From assembly GCF_009914755.1 (NCBI RefSeq), contig NC_060939.1: DNA of 64,000 nucleotides; one strand, 5' to 3'. This document shows positions 60,500-64,000 of the stretch, piece by piece. Every line of letters begins with the position of its first letter. Within the stretch, counting starts at the first letter, position 1. The translations under genes were made by a program, and so were the position numbers. The notes under the pieces are model-generated. The model searched no databases and was not told the DNA's origin. It was given only the letters and a program-made list of their open reading frames with translations. Source of the stretch: the human T2T-CHM13v2.0 reference genome, Homo sapiens.

Positions 60500-61170
60500 G
60501 CAGACAGCTACTCAGCAGTTATATCCCATAAGAATGGATAACACTAAAACAACTGACAGCATCAAGTATTGGTTAGAAAGTGGAACTGATTCTCTCAAAC
60601 ATTTTCATTGTAGTTTAAGATGGCACAACCACTTAGGAAAATGTCTCCCTATTTCATACAATGCCAAATATATACTTATTTTATAACCCAGAGAATCCAC
60701 TCTTATGTACTTAAACTCAAGAAAAGTGAAAATATTATTACAGAAAAATGTGTATATCTGATTTGTTTGTAGCAGGTTTATTCATGATAGCCTCAAATTA
60801 GAAACTGCTTTTGTGTCTATCAATAGTGGAGTGGATTATAAACAAAACAAGCAAAGGCCTCAAACCTGTGGTATAGTCATAAAATTGAGTATTACAAAAT
60901 AAAATTAATGAATAATCAATAGGAGCAAAATGATGTCACAAGCATGTTTAGTGAATGAACATAAAATTATATAATTTATAGTTTCACTTATGTAAATGGT
61001 GAAAACAGACAAAACTATCCTTTTGTGGAAAGAATCAAAACGATGGAAGCCTCTGTGTTCAAATACTGAATGGAAATGGGCATGAGAAAACGTGTTTCTG
61101 TCAGATCTTCTATATGCCTGATGTACATTCACTAGATGTATTTTGCATATACTATTTTTGCAAATAAAAC
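60500..61170 (+). mobile_element. Degraded L1ME-like 3' fragment
   Basis: gtttattcatgatagcc.caaa, tgtctatcaatag, acagacaaaacta. Confidence 0.55.
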
Positions 61171-61429
61171 TGAGATAGACGCAAAATAACTCAAGAGAAA
61201 ATAGCTAGAAATAAGTAGAGTTGGGATAGAAGCCTTGGAAGCTCCCCCCTACCTTGCTCACCTGGCACAGGCCGAGGAAGCCCTGGGACAATGCTGTGAG
61301 CGATCTGAGGGCCTTCCAGGGGAGCCCCGCCAGCCCATGCTGGTGCCCGAGCTGCCCGCCGCCATCCATCTGAATATGTTGCAAAGACAGTGCTGGCCTG
61401 GCAACCGGTGACACTCCATGCCCCACCCC

Positions 61430-61600
61430 GACCCCCACTTCTACCCAAGTAGCGGCAACCCCAGAGACAGATGCCTGGGCGGCAGCGGCTAAGTCTGGTA
61501 GTTGGCCAGGCGGCCAAAGGACGGGAACTGGCCGTTCACCCCATCCCAGTTTCCACGGAGAACTCAGCCATCATGGCCCCTGAGCGGACCCTCAGGCCTG
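61430..61600 (+). pseudogene. C2orf27A/CDRT15P-like coding remnant
   Basis: Peptide PGRQRLSLVVGQAAKGRELAVHPIPVSTENSAI resembles my recollection of C2orf27A; not verified. Confidence 0.4.
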
Positions 61601-63035
61601 GGCTGTGCTCTGTGCCTGCAAACCTGACGCCATCCAGGGGAGCTCCGCCTTCCCACGCCAGCGCCTCAGCTGCTGCAGAAAACTGCAAAACTGCAAGTTG
61701 CACACAGGCAGAGATGACGGAGCAACCCCTGACCCTCCGTGCCACTCACCCTACCCGCACACACACCTGCCACGTGGACCCTGAGGCCAGTGCCTGGGCG
61801 CCCAAGTCAGGCAGTCCGCACAGCAGTGGCACCAGGGTGAAAACCTGCTGCTCAATACCATCCCGGTTACCACAAAGAGCCAGCCCTGGTGGCCCCTGAG
61901 TTCTTGGAGGAGGCCAAGTCACAGCAACCCCTCAAGTGGGCGGGCGATGCACTTGACCCTGAGGACATCAGGTACCAGGCCCGCCAGCTGACGCCGACAT
62001 CGGAGCCGCAGCTGCAGTCTAGACGTGGTGCACCGGCAGTAAGTGACTGGACACCCCAGACCAGGCCCGCCCCCCAGTAGCGTGGATCCTGAGGCCAGAC
62101 CCCCAGGCGGCAAAATCAGGCGACGGGCCCCGCCAGCAGCCGCTCAGTTTCATCCATGTGGATACAGAGTGCCCAGCGCCCGGGCCCAGGATCCAGAGAG
62201 ATGCCCAAGAAGAGCGGAACTTGAGGCCAGGTGGGCTGTGCGCTCTGCGACCCTGAGGCCATCCAAGGGAAGCTCCGCCGTCCCACGCCAGTGCCAGATC
62301 TGCAGCTGCAAACTGCGTGGGGCACTGGCAGCAGTGAGGGCTGGTGGGTGAAAGAGCAGCCCCTGACTCTGCCTCCATGCCTCTACAGCTACCTGACACT
62401 AGCCACACAGACTCCAGGGCCAGAGCCTCAGCGTGAAGCCAGGCCATCTGCGAAGCCACCCAGGTGGCAGCGGAGTGCCCTTGCCAGCACCCTATCTCCC
62501 TTCCGAGGAGGAGCGGGGCGGGCTGCAAGGCCAGACAGGCCCTCCTTCTCAGGCCAGGCTGGCGGCGCTCCTGCGATCCTGGGGCCGCCCGGGCGATCCC
62601 AAGAGGACCTGCGAGCTCATCGGCGCCAGCCCAGAGCTGCAGCCCCACCTGCCGGCGCGCGCCACCAGGGAAGGGCTTCCGGGAGCCAGGCAGCAACTGC
62701 GGTGCAGGCGCGCGCCCAACGGCTTTGCGAGGCTCACTCGGTCTGAGAGGTCGGAGGCTGCGAGTGTCGCTGCTGAAGGCTGTGGTGGACAGGGCTGGAT
62801 CGCGGACTGTGGAGTAGATCACAGATTTGGGATCGCGCATTGGGGGTTGATCGCGGATTGAGGGTTGGATCAGGGACTTGGGGTTGGATAGGGGATTTGG
62901 GGCTGGGTCGGCCGGGGTCGGCAGAGGAGGTGGGTGAAAAGGTGACAGGGAGGTCGGCCGGGGTCGGGGGAGGGGGGTGGTGAAAAGGTGACAGGGAGCT
63001 GCCCCCGCTCAAGAGCCGGAGGTTGGGGTTTCTGA

Positions 63036-63251
<216 letters not shown>

Positions 63252-63551
63252 TAGCGGGGACTCAGCCCGGGGTGGGAGGGGGTCCCCAGGCCCGGCTTCC
63301 CCACTGCCCCTGGGACGGGGCCTTTCAGGGCTCTGGGCACCCTCAGAGCAGCGGAGCCAAACGGACTCTCAGCTGTTTTCCATCCCTCATAATTCCATGG
63401 CTGGAGCAGTTGGAGAATTTGAGTGATTTAACTCACAAAGTTAAGCAAACACAGTGTTGTTATTTTTAAAGTACACGTTGAAAACATGGTTTATATACAT
63501 TATAGGAGGTGCCTAATGAGAGAACTCTTTCCCCTATCAAAAATACCGTGA

Positions 63552-63972
<421 letters not shown>

Positions 63973-64000
63973 TATGTTGTTTATTATATATCATAAGTTA

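Noticed and set aside
61250-62750. SNX18 or C1QTNF8 pseudogene expected from similar duplicons
   Set aside because: No matching peptides found here or in the TEKT4 block by eye

Overview
Hominid (most likely human) pericentromeric or acrocentric segmental-duplication mosaic with no complete intact gene. In order: (1) 1-15.16 kb, dense Alu/L1/LTR/DNA-transposon sequence. (2) 15.16-24.0 kb, a SATR1/SATR2-type ~74-bp palindromic satellite array that switches orientation three times; a 2.9-kb three-piece mitochondrial insertion (NUMT: inverted ND3-trnG-COX3, then trnA/N/OriL/C/Y-COX1, then 12S) sits at the apex of one palindromic unit. (3) ~24.4-38.5 kb, an unprocessed, truncated ASNS pseudogene (3 exons, + strand). 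(4) ~38.6-51 kb, a GC-rich block with a six-exon TEKT4 pseudogene (- strand). (5) ~53.8-58.7 kb, a SOWAHC retrocopy (- strand). (6) 61.2-64 kb, a CpG island and an intact first coding exon of an ANKRD20A-family gene (+). I see no evidence for a wholly new gene system. The most interesting signals are mechanistic or evolutionary: breaks and insertions focused on satellite palindrome apices, templated insertions, an ancestral-type TEKT4 N-terminus kept in the pseudogene, and a possible + strand ASNS/anti-TEKT4 chimeric transcript. Family names come from recalled sequences, not database searches; repeat boundaries are approximate.
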